From: Rebecca billardiae RCC1528
Taxonomy: Eukaryota; Protista; Haptophyta
Length of the DNA: 64,000 nucleotides
Direction: 5' to 3'
Assembly (NCBI GenBank): GCA_965240325.2
Contig: OZ251223.1
Span: forward strand, 1,612,001 to 1,676,000
The translations under genes were made by a program, and so were the position numbers. The notes beneath the pieces were generated by a model that was given only the letters and a program-made list of their open reading frames with translations, was not told the origin of the DNA and made no database searches. Shown piece by piece: positions 35,023-46,321 of this stretch; position 1 is the first letter of the stretch, and each line of letters opens with the position of its first letter.

Positions 35023-36085
35023 TTACTTCATCGACGAAGACAGCTCGTCCACCTTAGACGTAACCGACGAAGTCACCTCGCCGATCTTGTCAGCCGCCGT
35101 GCTCACCTTGTCCGAGATCTGCGCGAGGTGGCGCGGCCGGGGCACGCAGCGCGGCGCGGGGTCACAAAGATATGTCAGCGTACCGGTTCACGCACACCGC
35201 GCCACGACGTCTGCGGGGCGAGGGCGCGGTGAGCGGCGTGAACAAGCGGCGTACCTTCAGCTTCGAGTCGATCTTCTCGGAGATGCCGTAGTTGTCGTTG
35301 ATCTTAGTGACGGTGCCCACAACCTTGTCGGTCACCTCCTTCGCCTTAGACAGCACCTGCTTCTCCTCGATGAAGCTCAGGGTCTTCTTGTAGCTCTTGG
35401 CCACAGTCGCGCCTGCGAGGGCGTGCGCGCGCCGCGCGGCCGGCGTCACCACGCCGCAGCCCGTGCCATGCGATCATGCACCACGCCGTGTCGAGCCGCC
35501 AGCGCTGGAAAGCTCGCGCGCACGGCCGCAGCACGCGCAGCACGCAGCACGCAGCACTCACCGCTCGACTTCACAAAATCACCGACCTTGCTGTCGGTCG
35601 TGGTGGCGTACGCGGCAAGGCCAGCGAGAATACCAGCGGTGAGCAGGTTGTCCAGCACGTAGATGCCGATGAACGCCCCGGTGATGGCCGCCGCATTCGA
35701 GATCTCCGCGTCTGTCGGATCCTCCGCCATCACAATCGCCCTGCAGTGTGCGCGTCGACGCGCAGGTGGGTGCACGAGAGCGGTGAGGCCAGACGGGCGT
35801 AGGCGTGCGCGCACATCGACGAATTACTCGCCTCTGGGCCCGCGGTGCCGCCCTGACGTCGGCCTCCACAGACTCCTCGCGCCTGGCTCGCGACCCGGCG
35901 CGACCCATGGGTGCCACGCGCGCTGCGGTCATGCACACGTACCGCGCCGAGCGCTGCGTGAGCGGCACTGCCACGCGTGCCGGACGCGCGACCGACATCG
36001 CAGACGCCGTCGCCGGCCGCGGGGCGCCCGCCTGGTAGCCGGCAGCGCAGGCGACGAGCGCCGAGAGCGTGAGTGCGCGGAGCAT
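35023..36085 (-). CDS. Small plastid-targeted membrane protein of unknown function; 3 introns (35741-35942, 35413-35561, 35119-35254)
   Basis: Signal peptide MLRALTLSALVACAAG-Y plus transit peptide. Spliced product has a hydrophobic hairpin (AAAITGAFIGIYVL..LLTAGILAGLAAYA) and Lys/Asp amphipathic helices. All three introns are in phase. Confidence 0.75.
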
Positions 36086-36325
36086 GGTGTGGCGGAGGTT
36101 GGCGAGACGCACGCTTCGGCTCGCTCTTTCGGCAGCGGCGCACCTTGAACCGCAGCCGCGGAGCGGCCGCGCGCGCTCTCAGCGCCAAGCTGCCCAAACG
36201 CTTGAACAACGTCGACTTTGTTAATTCGATTTATCTGACGAAACCGGCCGCCATCCTGCGGTCCTGGACACTCGCGCTACCCATCCGGATCCGATGCAAG
36301 GAGTCCGGGAGACACGGAGCACCCA

Positions 36326-37255
36326 ATGGCAGCGGCGCCAATGGCGAAAAAAGCGTCCGCCCGAAAGCCCGCCGGGCTGAACTTCGAGGTGTGCAAGCGG
36401 AACACGCTGGGCAAGCTCGACAAGAGCCCAAAGGGCTCGCTCGACCCGCCCATCGAGGCGCTCGTGCACAAGATCAACGCGCACAGGGACTTCTGCACGA
36501 CGAGCTCGTGCTCGGGCCGCGTCTCGCTGTACGCGAGCGCTGTCCCCGCCGCGGTGCAAGGCGGGGGCGCTGCGGCGAGCTGCACGCCGGTCTCGGGGAA
36601 GTGGCTCCTCGTCATCCACCGCGAGCTCGAGGAGGGGGAGCTGCAAGCCGCACTCGCCCCTGAGGCGCTGAGCCAGGCGCATGCGCGCGGGCTGGAGCAC
36701 GTCCTGCTCAAGGTTGAGCCCGCCATCCTGCACGTGCAGTGCCGCTCGCTCGACGACGCAACGTCGCTGCTACAGCTCGCGATCGCCTCGGGGTTCCGCG
36801 AGTCGGGCATCGTGCTGAGCTCGTCGCAGAAAGTGATGCTCGCCATCCGCACAACATCCAACGCGATGGAGCTGCCGATCGTACGGGATGGCACGCTGCT
36901 CGCCTCGGCGCACCACGTCGACGTGCTCTTCGACGAGGCCAACAAGCGCTTTAGGGCAAACGCGCGGGCCCTCGCGCGCTTGGAGGGTGCCTTTGACCAG
37001 CATGCGCTCGCATCTGCGACGACGTCAACGCGCAGCACGTCCGAGGTGCACCAAGTCTCACTCGCGCACTCGCATCCGAGCGGTGAGGTGCAACGGGCAG
37101 GGGCGACGCCTTGGACTGTGTGCTGCCGCTGGACGGCATCGGCGTCCTACCTGTGGCGCATATGGTGGTCTGCGCTGTGCCTGCTGGTCGAGCACGCTTT
37201 GTGCCTGGGCTTCGAAGCACTGGACTTGTCGCGCGCAGCAGTGTCGTTCGCGTGA
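36326..37255 (+). CDS. TYW3: tRNA wybutosine-synthesizing protein 3 (yW-86 N4-methyltransferase)
   Basis: DKSPKGSLD...IN...TTSSCSGR, KVEPAILHVQC, A..SGFRESG, LAIRT. Confidence 0.9.
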   Translation: MAAAPMAKKASARKPAGLNFEVCKRNTLGKLDKSPKGSLDPPIEALVHKINAHRDFCTTSSCSGRVSLYASAVPAAVQGGGAAASCTPVSGKWLLVIHRELEEGELQAALAPEALSQAHARGLEHVLLKVEPAILHVQCRSLDDATSLLQLAIASGFRESGIVLSSSQKVMLAIRTTSNAMELPIVRDGTLLASAHHVDVLFDEANKRFRANARALARLEGAFDQHALASATTSTRSTSEVHQVSLAHSHPSGEVQRAGATPWTVCCRWTASASYLWRIWWSALCLLVEHALCLGFEALDLSRAAVSFA

Positions 37256-38339
37256 CACAGACAGTGGCCGGGCGCTCGGCGGATCATGGCCACAATAATG
37301 GGAGTTGGGTAAATGGGAGTCGCCGGGCCGCGACGACCGCGCACTAGCTGAACATTATTGGGAATAATAGTTTGTTTTAAACGTTAATACTACGACTTGA
37401 ACGTGTGAGTCTATACGCCTACGCGGCCATTCGGTGCCGCCTGCTGGCATCATCCGGATGGCAGAATGAATTAATATGCGGCCATGGTGATCATGATGGC
37501 GGATTCGCGCATGATGTGACATGCTGCGCAGTGTCACTGGTCCGGGCAGCACCATCGGAGTCCATCGTCCATCCTGATTCCTGAATCCTGCTGGCCGAAT
37601 AGTTCCTGATGGCGCGCAGAGTTCTGCGGCGCGCACAGTCACATATCGAAGTGATCGCGCCATGCGTGCGCGCATGCCGATCCAGAACTGGCACCGATCT
37701 AATAATACATACATATATATATATATATATTGATAATTGCAATCACGTCGCGTCTAAATTCGGATGACAAGTGAATAATATTGCGCTGTAGTTATATACT
37801 CAATATGACCGCGTTCCGCGATCCTTTTCCGTGCAGAACCAACGTAGTTCGGGGCCCGCGGTGGCGGTGCACCCTCCGTCGCAGTCGTCCCGTACGTAAC
37901 TAGACTCCATCCAGCGGCGCGCCGCCCAGCGCCGCGCCGCCGCCGGCCCGGCCGGGCGGGCGCGTCGGCGGCTGGCGTGCGCCGAGTGTGGATGTCGGTC
38001 GTCGGCCGAGCTGCCCTCATCACAGACTCGGCCCTTACCTGACTGAGTGACCCCCTGCGCGTGACGCGCGACGGCCGACAGGCGGATGCGACTCGGCGTG
38101 ATCGACGCACGAGCGCGACTCTACGTGCACGCCAGGCCACCGGCGGAGCTGACTGACAGCCAGGGAGCCGACGGCGCGGGACCGCGGATTCGACTTCGTT
38201 CGGGCCTGCATTCGGCGCGGGGCGCGGTGACGACTACTTCCGAGGGGCGTCGGTATATCCCGTGACTAGCCCGGACTAGCAGTGCCGCCTGTAGTCCCAT
38301 CATCAGCAGTGCAGCCCATTAATAGTAAGACTCGTCGCG

Positions 38340-39584
38340 TCATGATTTGTCATCCGACGATGGAGCTAGACTGAGTTGAGGCTGCTGACGGGAATGAGAA
38401 TCCTGCCTGCGCAGGCGCGCGGCCTCCTCCTCCGCCCACGCGCACCGCGCCCAGAAGGCGCACGGCGCGCTGTCCTTGCCATAGGGGCGGCAGTGGACGA
38501 CGTACTCGAGCGCACCACTCTCACGCACTTTTGCCTTCAGCGCAACTGGCCGGCCGCACCAGCACGTGCCAAGCGCGGGGAGGTCTCGCCGCATGCGGAA
38601 GGTGAGCGAAACGCGCTGCATGTGCGCGGTGGGGTGCGCCCACATGGCGGCAGGCGCACACCGGGGCACAGCATGCTGCCATCGCTCCTGCGCATCATCC
38701 CACATGACAATGGCCGAGTTGTGCGCCAGCGGCACGGAGACGGCGCGGCCGTGTCGACGCTCCTGCTGGGTGCCCAGTCCGGGGCTGGCCGGCGATGGAC
38801 GGTGTGATGCCTGAGCAGCTGGCGCGACGCACATCTCGCGCATGTCGAAACGGCGGCATGCGCCTAGCGAGAGCCCGACGATGATCGGGCGGGGCCCCAG
38901 GTCCATAATGTGGTCCGCATGCCAGCCGACGCACTCCGAGCCATCTGCGTAGTAGTTGGCCAGGGCGAAAGTCGGCTGCCAGTGAACGCTTGGCCGACGC
39001 CGGCGGACAGCTTGTGCGATCAGGCCGGCCGCGTGCTGCAAGTCGGTTGAGGGCGCTCGCTTCTCGTGGCCGTACTCACTCAGATGGGCTGCACTAGTAG
39101 CGTCTCCATCAACCACGTAGGTTGCGCTCAAACGGGGTGTGTCGTGCGCGACCCCGCGCACGTACCACGTTGCCCGGCGCCACACCTTTGCATCGCCGAG
39201 CAGCCACTCCAATAGCGATGTCGCCAGCTCTGGCGGCAGCACATCGCGCACGAGCGTCACGGGGGCCACGCGCTCGAGCTCATCGTCGGAGATGGGACGC
39301 CATGCCCCGTCTGGTCGGTCTCGTGCTTGAGCTGGACCAACGAACGAGGAGGGTGGGCGCGCCTTGCCCAGGACGTCTACGACTGAGCGCGGTCGCTTCC
39401 GAGACTGCACCGGCTCGTGTGATGCCGTCGCGGTCGCACCCAGGTTCTCGTGGGAAGACGAGCGCGTGGATCCACACATGGCGCACGTCAGGAAGTCGCG
39501 CTCATCATCCGTCGTGTGTGCGTATGTGCAAGTCGTGCACACCCACCCTTCCAGTGCAGCGCCAAGGGGGGCCGGGGCCGCCAT
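38340..39584 (-). CDS. AlkB-family 2OG-Fe(II) dioxygenase (ALKBH2/3-like) with N-terminal RanBP2-type and C-terminal GRF-like zinc fingers
   Basis: WVCTTCTY...CAMC; NYYADG..VGWHAD (HxD), IVGLSLGA.RRF, WQHAVP, RVSLTFR; CWCG...C...CAFW. Confidence 0.88.
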   Translation of the reverse strand: MAAPAPLGAALEGWVCTTCTYAHTTDDERDFLTCAMCGSTRSSSHENLGATATASHEPVQSRKRPRSVVDVLGKARPPSSFVGPAQARDRPDGAWRPISDDELERVAPVTLVRDVLPPELATSLLEWLLGDAKVWRRATWYVRGVAHDTPRLSATYVVDGDATSAAHLSEYGHEKRAPSTDLQHAAGLIAQAVRRRRPSVHWQPTFALANYYADGSECVGWHADHIMDLGPRPIIVGLSLGACRRFDMREMCVAPAAQASHRPSPASPGLGTQQERRHGRAVSVPLAHNSAIVMWDDAQERWQHAVPRCAPAAMWAHPTAHMQRVSLTFRMRRDLPALGTCWCGRPVALKAKVRESGALEYVVHCRPYGKDSAPCAFWARCAWAEEEAARLRRQDSHSRQQPQLSLAPSSDDKS

Positions 39585-39728
39585 GCTGAAAGCATCACCA
39601 TAAATAACCTCATTGACATTCGCCGATTCGCGTAGAATATTTCGTCATCGCGATCTATAATTCGAATCATTCGCGAGTTCGACGACTGCTTGCACAGCCA
39701 AGAGCGCCCGTGAGCTGCCTGGGCCGGC

Positions 39729-42080
39729 CTACGCCCGCTCGAGCTCTGCGAGCAGCACCTCGAGCAAGCGTGTGCACTCGCTCGGCGGCGTCGTCGGCGT
39801 GCACATGAAGTACACCACGTTGCCCAGCGGGCGCGCCTGGATGCCGCGCGCGGACAGCCGTCCGAGCAGCTCGTGCGTGGCACCCGACGCCCACCCCGCC
39901 TCCGCCGACACCACCTCCGCGGCGAAGAGTGTGCCCAGGTGGACGGTGCGCGCGACGGAGGGCAGGCGGGAGATGCGCCTCACGAGCTCGTCGTCCCACA
40001 GCTCCACCAGCCTGCCGCCGCCCGGCGCCAGGTTGGGGTTGGTGGCCGGGTCGGCGTAGATATCGAGCGTGGCGCTCGAGACCTGGCAGCCGATCGCGTG
40101 CGCCGAGTAGGAGTGGCCGTGCAGCAGCGCGTGGGTCTTGCTCTGCCCGGCGAAGGCTTCGAAGACGCGCTCGGTGGCGAGCGTCGCGCTGAGCGGCACC
40201 GTGCCCCCCGTGAGCAGCTTGGCGTATGCCGCCACGTCCGGCGTGATCCCGAGCATCGCGGCGGTGCTCGGCACGCCCAGCCTGTACAGCCCCACGAACA
40301 CCTCGTCCAGCACCACCGGCATGCTGCGCGCGCGGCACTCCTCGGCGAGGACGCGCTGGAAGAGCGGGTCGACGAGGATCATGCCGCCCGCGCCCTGCAC
40401 CATCGGCTCGAGCACGAGCGCGCCAAGCAGCGCGCCGCTCTCGCTCGAGTGCGCGTCCAGCGTGGTGCGCACGTGCGCGCGGTACGTGGCCGCCAGCTCG
40501 GAGCGCAGCCGCGCGCTCACGTCGAGCGCGGCCGCGCGCGTGTCCCAGCGCCCGGCCGAGGACGGGGCGGGGTGCGGGATGCTCGCGGGGAGCTCGACGG
40601 TCCACTCCCCGCCGCGCATCGCGACCGACGGCACGTCGAAGAAGAGCCCCTGCGGCCTGTGCCACGGCGTCTGCCTGGGGCCGGAGAAGACGCTCAGCGG
40701 CTGCGCGTTCATCGTGCCGAGCGTGTCGCCGTGGTACGAGCCGTTCGCGCCCACGATCGCGAGGGGCGGGAGGTCGGCGTCGGCGAGGTCGAGCAGGCCC
40801 TTCGACGCGTAGAACGCGCGGAACGCCATCTTGAGCGCCACCTCCATCGCCGTCGAGCCGTCGTCCGAGTAGAACACGCGGCTCGCCCAGCCGCTGCCCG
40901 CTGTGTCCAGAAGCCTGCGCGCGTTCTGCAAGGCGGCGTCGTGCGCGTTCGAGGGGTACATCACGTGGCCCCAGCGGCCGGAGGCGTAGGCGATGGCGCG
41001 CGAGAGGGCGGGCGTGAGCGGCGCGGAGACGCCCTGCGTCCACCACGACGCGCACGCGTCGAACGCCGTCGTGAGCTCCGTCCCGCCGCCGGGCCGCCGC
41101 CTGAGCACAGTGAGGTCCTCGCCGCAGCGCGAGTCAATCACACCGACCGTTTCGTCAGAAACGAGGCCGTGCTGCGTGAAGGGCCACCAGAGCATGCGCC
41201 GCGCGTCGGCGGGCGCGCTGGCCAGGGCGGCGGTGCGGCCCTCGTGCCACGCCAGCAGCGCGTCCAGGATCGCGTCGAACTGCGCCGCGCTCGACTCGAG
41301 CCACGCGCCCACCTCGGCGGGGCTCGCCTCGCGGCCGCCCGGCTTGCGCAGCGGCGGCAACGTGAGCACGCGCGTCGCGCGCGCGTCGACGCTGCGCGCG
41401 ATCGCGTCGTGGTTGGCGAGGCCGCCGTCGAGGAGCGCGAGCACGGGCGTGTCGTACCCCCGCAGCAGCAGGCTCTCGTACGCGCACACCGACGAGCTGA
41501 TGCCGCCCAGCCCGCCGTCGCCGACCAGGATGGCTGGCAGCCGGAGCGGGCGGAGCACGTCGGCCTGCAGGCTGCCGCTGGGCCCGGGGCTGGCCGGGCC
41601 GCCGGCGGTCTCGACAAGGGCCAGGCCGCACGCCCCTCGCACGATCGGCGCCGGAGACCCATCCGCGCCGCTGCCCAGCACGGCTGCGCCAAAGTTGGCC
41701 AGCTCGGCGCGCGTCGCATCGGCAACCTCCGCATCGGCCACGGCGCGACCCTCGCGCTCGACGGCGAGGTGCGGGCTCACCGGGTCCTTCCACGCGTACA
41801 GCGTGCGCGCTGCCGTCGGGTCGGTGCACGGCGCCGGATCGGTGATGCCCGCCGCCGTCGCCGCGTGCGCGCCAAGCGTGTGGCCGACGCTCGCGAGCCG
41901 AGCGACGAGCGCGCCGTCCGAGTCGGCCGGAAAGCCCGTCTGCACCGGCTTGAGGAAGCGCGCGGGCAGCTTCGCCCGGCGCGCGGCGGCGAAGACGCCG
42001 GCGCTCACGAGCGTCTTGCCCACGCCCGTGCCGCTGCCCCACACGCCGAACGCGGCGAGCGAGGTCGGAACGCCCGACAT
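39729..42080 (-). CDS. BIO3-BIO1: Bifunctional dethiobiotin synthetase / DAPA aminotransferase
   Basis: GTGVGKT, KPVQTG, VETAGG (BioD); WWPFTQH, DACASWWT, GSTAMEVALKMA, YHGDT, EPMVQGAGGM, DEVF, PLP-lysine AKLLTGG, HGHSY (BioA). Confidence 0.96.
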   Translation of the reverse strand: MSGVPTSLAAFGVWGSGTGVGKTLVSAGVFAAARRAKLPARFLKPVQTGFPADSDGALVARLASVGHTLGAHAATAAGITDPAPCTDPTAARTLYAWKDPVSPHLAVEREGRAVADAEVADATRAELANFGAAVLGSGADGSPAPIVRGACGLALVETAGGPASPGPSGSLQADVLRPLRLPAILVGDGGLGGISSSVCAYESLLLRGYDTPVLALLDGGLANHDAIARSVDARATRVLTLPPLRKPGGREASPAEVGAWLESSAAQFDAILDALLAWHEGRTAALASAPADARRMLWWPFTQHGLVSDETVGVIDSRCGEDLTVLRRRPGGGTELTTAFDACASWWTQGVSAPLTPALSRAIAYASGRWGHVMYPSNAHDAALQNARRLLDTAGSGWASRVFYSDDGSTAMEVALKMAFRAFYASKGLLDLADADLPPLAIVGANGSYHGDTLGTMNAQPLSVFSGPRQTPWHRPQGLFFDVPSVAMRGGEWTVELPASIPHPAPSSAGRWDTRAAALDVSARLRSELAATYRAHVRTTLDAHSSESGALLGALVLEPMVQGAGGMILVDPLFQRVLAEECRARSMPVVLDEVFVGLYRLGVPSTAAMLGITPDVAAYAKLLTGGTVPLSATLATERVFEAFAGQSKTHALLHGHSYSAHAIGCQVSSATLDIYADPATNPNLAPGGGRLVELWDDELVRRISRLPSVARTVHLGTLFAAEVVSAEAGWASGATHELLGRLSARGIQARPLGNVVYFMCTPTTPPSECTRLLEVLLAELERA

Positions 42081-42443
42081 TGCCGTACGATACGTCGCGG
42101 TCGCCGGTCGCCGGCGGCGGCTCCGGCCTCACGTGGCTGCCTGGCTGGCCGGGGCGGTCCGGCCGGTTCTTTTTTGGCCGAACGCACGGCGACCGATCGA
42201 CTGCATCAATACCGCCCTGCTTGATCAAAGGTCCCGCCTTGACGACGATGAACAACTGACTGCAACTGTTCATGAGCTGGTGAGCAGCTCACTCACAGTC
42301 ATACTGTATTGAACAGTGAACAGTCACAGACTGACATCTGCATCGCCGTGAAAGTGATCGTCGTCTCTCGACAAGCTGCACCCGCAGTCTCAGCCCGCCA
42401 TGCCGGCCTCTCAGGGTCTAACCGGCTTCCCCCCACCTCCGAA

Positions 42444-45400
42444 TCAAAGCACGCCCATCGGCGTGTCCGCTCCCGCGCACTGCGAGAGCGCCGGCAGGCA
42501 CTGCTCGGCCGTGCACGCGTGGCACGCGGCCGCGCGCGAGTCCCACGAGCAGCTCGAGCGGCACGTGGACTTGGAGCACGCGACCGCCGTGGCGAAGCAC
42601 TGCGCGCACGGCTCGGACAGCTCGAGCCCCTGCAGGCAGTGCTGCGTGCACGGCGGCTGCGCGCGGCGATGGCGCGGCGCAGCGGTGTGCACGCGGGGCG
42701 CGCGGCGTGAGCTCCGCGCGCGCCGCGCGCCGCGCGCCGCGCGCTTTGGCCGAGCGCGCCACGCGGGGCAGCGCAGGCGCGCGCAAAAAGCGCACCTGTC
42801 CCCAGCACTGCGAGGAGCACGTCTGCAGCTGGTCGGCGAAGGGCGTGGCGAAGATGGCGCGCTGGTCGCCGACGGCGCCGCACGCCGACACCGCCCGCGT
42901 GAGCGCCGGCACCGCCGGGCCGAGCGGCCCCCACCCAGCGAGCGAGCGCGCGCGCGCGCGCAGCGCAACGCTCGCGTGCGGCGGCAGCCCACTCAAGGTG
43001 CAGCGCGGGTGCTCGACGTCGCCCGGCACGGCCGGGCCGGCGGTTGGCGCGTCGGACTCGGCGGGCTCGGCGCCGTCCGCGCGGCGCTCGACGCGGCAGC
43101 CCGCCGCCCACTCCCCGCCGCCCTCCTCCGCCCCCAGCCGCGCCCAGTGCAGCTCGTACCCCACGACGGACGACGTCTCTTCGATGGCCCGCGGCCACGC
43201 CACACCCAGCCCGTCTGCGTAGCTGCGCGGCGCGGCGGTGGCGGCGGTGGCGGCGGTGGCGGGGCGGGAGCGGCGTGAGGGCGCGCACGCCCGGATGCAC
43301 CACCGCCACCGCGCCGCGCGCGCGGGGCTTGCGCGCGCGGGGCGTGCGCGCGCGCCGCGCACCGCTGCTCGATGACCAGGTCGACGGGCGCGCGCGGAGG
43401 CCGCAGCTCACGCGTGACGGCGGCGACGGGCGCGCTCCACTCGCCTGCGCCGTGCGCGTTGCGCGCGCGCACGGCGACGGTGTACACGGAGGCGGGGAGC
43501 AGCCCCTCGAGCACGTGCGTGCTGCGCGAGGGCGGCACGGCGCGCACCACGCCCTCGTGCGCGGGCAGCTCGTCCACCCCGCTGCGCGCCTCCACCACGC
43601 GCAACTCATACCCCAGCAGCGGCGCGCCGCGCGTGCGCGCCGGCTGCCACTGCAGCCGCAGCGCCGTCGGCGCCGCGCGAAACAGCAGCCCGCGCACCGC
43701 GGCGGGCGCGGTGGCGTTCTGCGCGTTGGTGGGCAGCGTGAGCGGCGCGGACCACTCCGAGTAGCCGTACGCGTTCCGCGCGCGCGCGCGCACGCTGTAC
43801 GAGTGCCCCGGCCCCTCCGGCCCGGCGCTCACGCGCGCCCACGCCAGCGGCTCGGAGCGAGCGGCCGGCAGCTCTCGCGCGCTCGCAAACGGCACCTCCG
43901 CGAGCTCCGTGCGCGGCGCGCAGCAGCGGCGGTCGTAGCACCAGCAGAACGGGCCGCAGCAGCCGACGAGGTTGGCGCCCTTGCAGTGCTCCCACATCGG
44001 CGCGAGCCGCGTGCCCTCCTCCGTCCAGTTCGCCCGGCCGAGCTGCGCGCAGCCGAGCGCGCACGACGGCCCCGTCTGCTCGCACGCGCGCACCGTCTGC
44101 AGCGCATACGAAGAGTGCTCGAGCTGGTAGCCGCTCACCTCGGCGCCGTTGGCGTGCGGCGGCGCCCACTGCACCTCGACCCACGAGACGCCCGTGTCGC
44201 GCGGCACGAGCGCGGGCGGGCGCGGCGCCGACGCCCCGCCCGTGCGCACGGCCGCGCACTCAGACCAGCGGCTGAGCTCGCCCCCAAGCGGCGCCCCCGT
44301 CACCTCAGCTCGCAGCTGTAGCCGCACGCGCGCGCACAGCGCGGTCTGCGCGGGCAGCCCGCCGAGCTCGACGCGCGTGCGCAGCCCGGCGTACGTCGCG
44401 AGCGGCGCGCCGTCGGGCCCCCCGCGCAGCAGCTGCACCTCGCTGCCCGCCGCGAACGCGCCCTCCGGCGGCGCGTCGCTCCAGTCCAGCTCGACAACAT
44501 CCCGACCGGCATAGAGCGGCCGCGGCGCGGCAGGCGAAAACGGTCGCGGGCCGCTGTCGCCGCCGTCGCCGCCGTCGCCGCCGCCGTGCGGCCGTCTCCT
44601 GGAGCCGCTGAGCGCGACGACGATCGCGACGAGCAGCACGCCCGCGAGGATCGCCGCCGCGTAGCAGCACAGCATGCGCCGCCGCCCGCTCTTGGGCGCG
44701 CCGTCGGCGGCCGCGGGCGCCTGCGCCCTGTCGCGCCGCCGCGCGCGCGCCGCCTCGCCCTCCGCGGCCGCGCTGTCGCGCGTGCCGGCGACGAGCAGGC
44801 GCGTGCGCCCGCTCTCGAGCTTCGAGCCGGCGTGCCCTGCCTCGGCGGCCGCCTGCGCGGCCGACGCCGACGCGCCGGGCGAGAGCGACGCCATGGCGCA
44901 CGCCAGGCTGCGCGCAGTGCTGCCGTCGGCAAGGGCCGCGTGTGCGCTCGCGCGCCGCGAGCCGGCCGCCGGGCTCCCGCCGCGCGCGGCCGGGCGTGCG
45001 CCGGGGCGTCGCTCTCGCTGCGGGCTGCCCGGCGCGGAGCCCACGCGGCTGCTCGGCACCGAGCCCACGCGGCTGCTCGGCACCGAGCCCACGCGGCTGC
45101 TCGGCGACGAGCGCAGCTCGAGCTGACCGGTCGAGTCGTCGATGTAGGCCTCGGCGCCGACCGAGGAGAGCAGCCAGCGGTCGCCGAGGACGGTGAGGCT
45201 CTTGTGCGAGCCGGGGCTGGTCATCTCGCTGCCGTGCGCGGCGCTGTGCGCCCCCTCGCTCTCGCCGCCCGACGAGTGCACCACGGTCACGGGCGGCGGC
45301 ACCGCCAGCGCGCCGGTGCCCTCATGCGGCTGCGTGCCACCGCTCGGCGTCGGTGGCTGCGCCGCACCGCCGCTGAAGCTGCCGCCGCCGCTCGAGCGGC

Positions 45401-45830
45401 GCGCGCGCGCCGCGGCGGTGGCAGCAGCCGCACCATGCGCAGCGCTCCCCGCGCGCGAGCCGCGGTGCGCCTGCGGCTGGACGCTCGGCGCGGGCGGCTC
45501 GGCTGCGAGCGGCTTGTCCCAGGTCGTCTCGTTGGTGAGCTGGTTCCAGTAGTACGTGTCGCCCGAGTCGGGGTCCTTGACGGGCACCCAGCCGGCGGCG
45601 AGGGCCGATCCTCCGCCGCCGAGAGGCCCGGGGGTCACTACTCCCGCCGCGACGTCGGCGCGAGTGCTGTGCGGCGGCGTTGACGGCACGTTGGTATCGC
45701 GCGACTGTGCGCACGCGCGCGCTCCGCCGCCTGGCGTGTGGGGGGCTCCGTCGGCGGCGACCTTGTCGGCGTGGCGAGACGACGCGTCACGCACCCCCCG
45801 CGCGCGCGATGCCCTGTCATCGCCGTCCAT
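42444..45830 (-). CDS. Single-pass membrane protein: WW domain, TM, about 4 fibronectin-III domains, Cys-rich C-terminal domain; introns 43223-43362 and 42657-42795
   Basis: WW GWVPVKDPDSGDTYYWNQLTNETTWDKP; TM AAILAGVLLVAIVVAL; FN3 motifs W.PP..NG..V.GY.L, YSVRARARNAYGYSEWS and L.GLLP...Y.V.VRARN..G.GEWS. Introns join in phase. Confidence 0.85.
45037..45108. repeat. 24-bp coding tandem repeat x3 (PSSRVGSV)
   Basis: GAGCCCACGCGGCTGCTCGGCACC repeated. Confidence 0.9.
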
Positions 45831-46321
45831 GACCCCCGACCCGCCGGATCCCGCGCGCGTGCGGCGCGACCGGCTGCGCGGCCGCTGCAGCAGCGGCGGG
45901 CGCGCGTTCAAGACGATGCGGATGCCTGCCGCCGCCCGCCTCTCCGCGACGTTTGTGGGCTCGGAATTCCCATTCAAAAATGGGTCGATTTTCGGCTTTC
46001 CGCACATGCTTTTCGGCACGATGGCGGCGACTGTGCGCACAAGCTTGTCGGTCCCGCTCGGGAGCAGGACTGAGGCGCGGACAGGCGGTTGCCTCCGGAC
46101 TCATGACGAAGTTCGTTTTTTTCCACCGAGGTGGTTTCGCGATCTCCTTGCGCGCGAGCTTGCGGCCGCACACTTGTGGCTCACGGGCGGGCGCCTCTCC
46201 TGCTCGCTCATCGACCAGGCGCGCGCATCGGGCGAGCGCACGTGGCCGGGCGCGGGCGCTCGAGCGAGACCGACTCCTCCCTCGCCAGCGGGTGGCGGAG
46301 CCGCCGACGCATCCGGTCGCC

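Noticed and set aside
37050-37255. Hydrophobic Trp/Cys-rich C-terminal tail of TYW3 as a membrane anchor
   Set aside because: May be an unconserved extension or an unrecognised intron; cannot be supported without transcripts.
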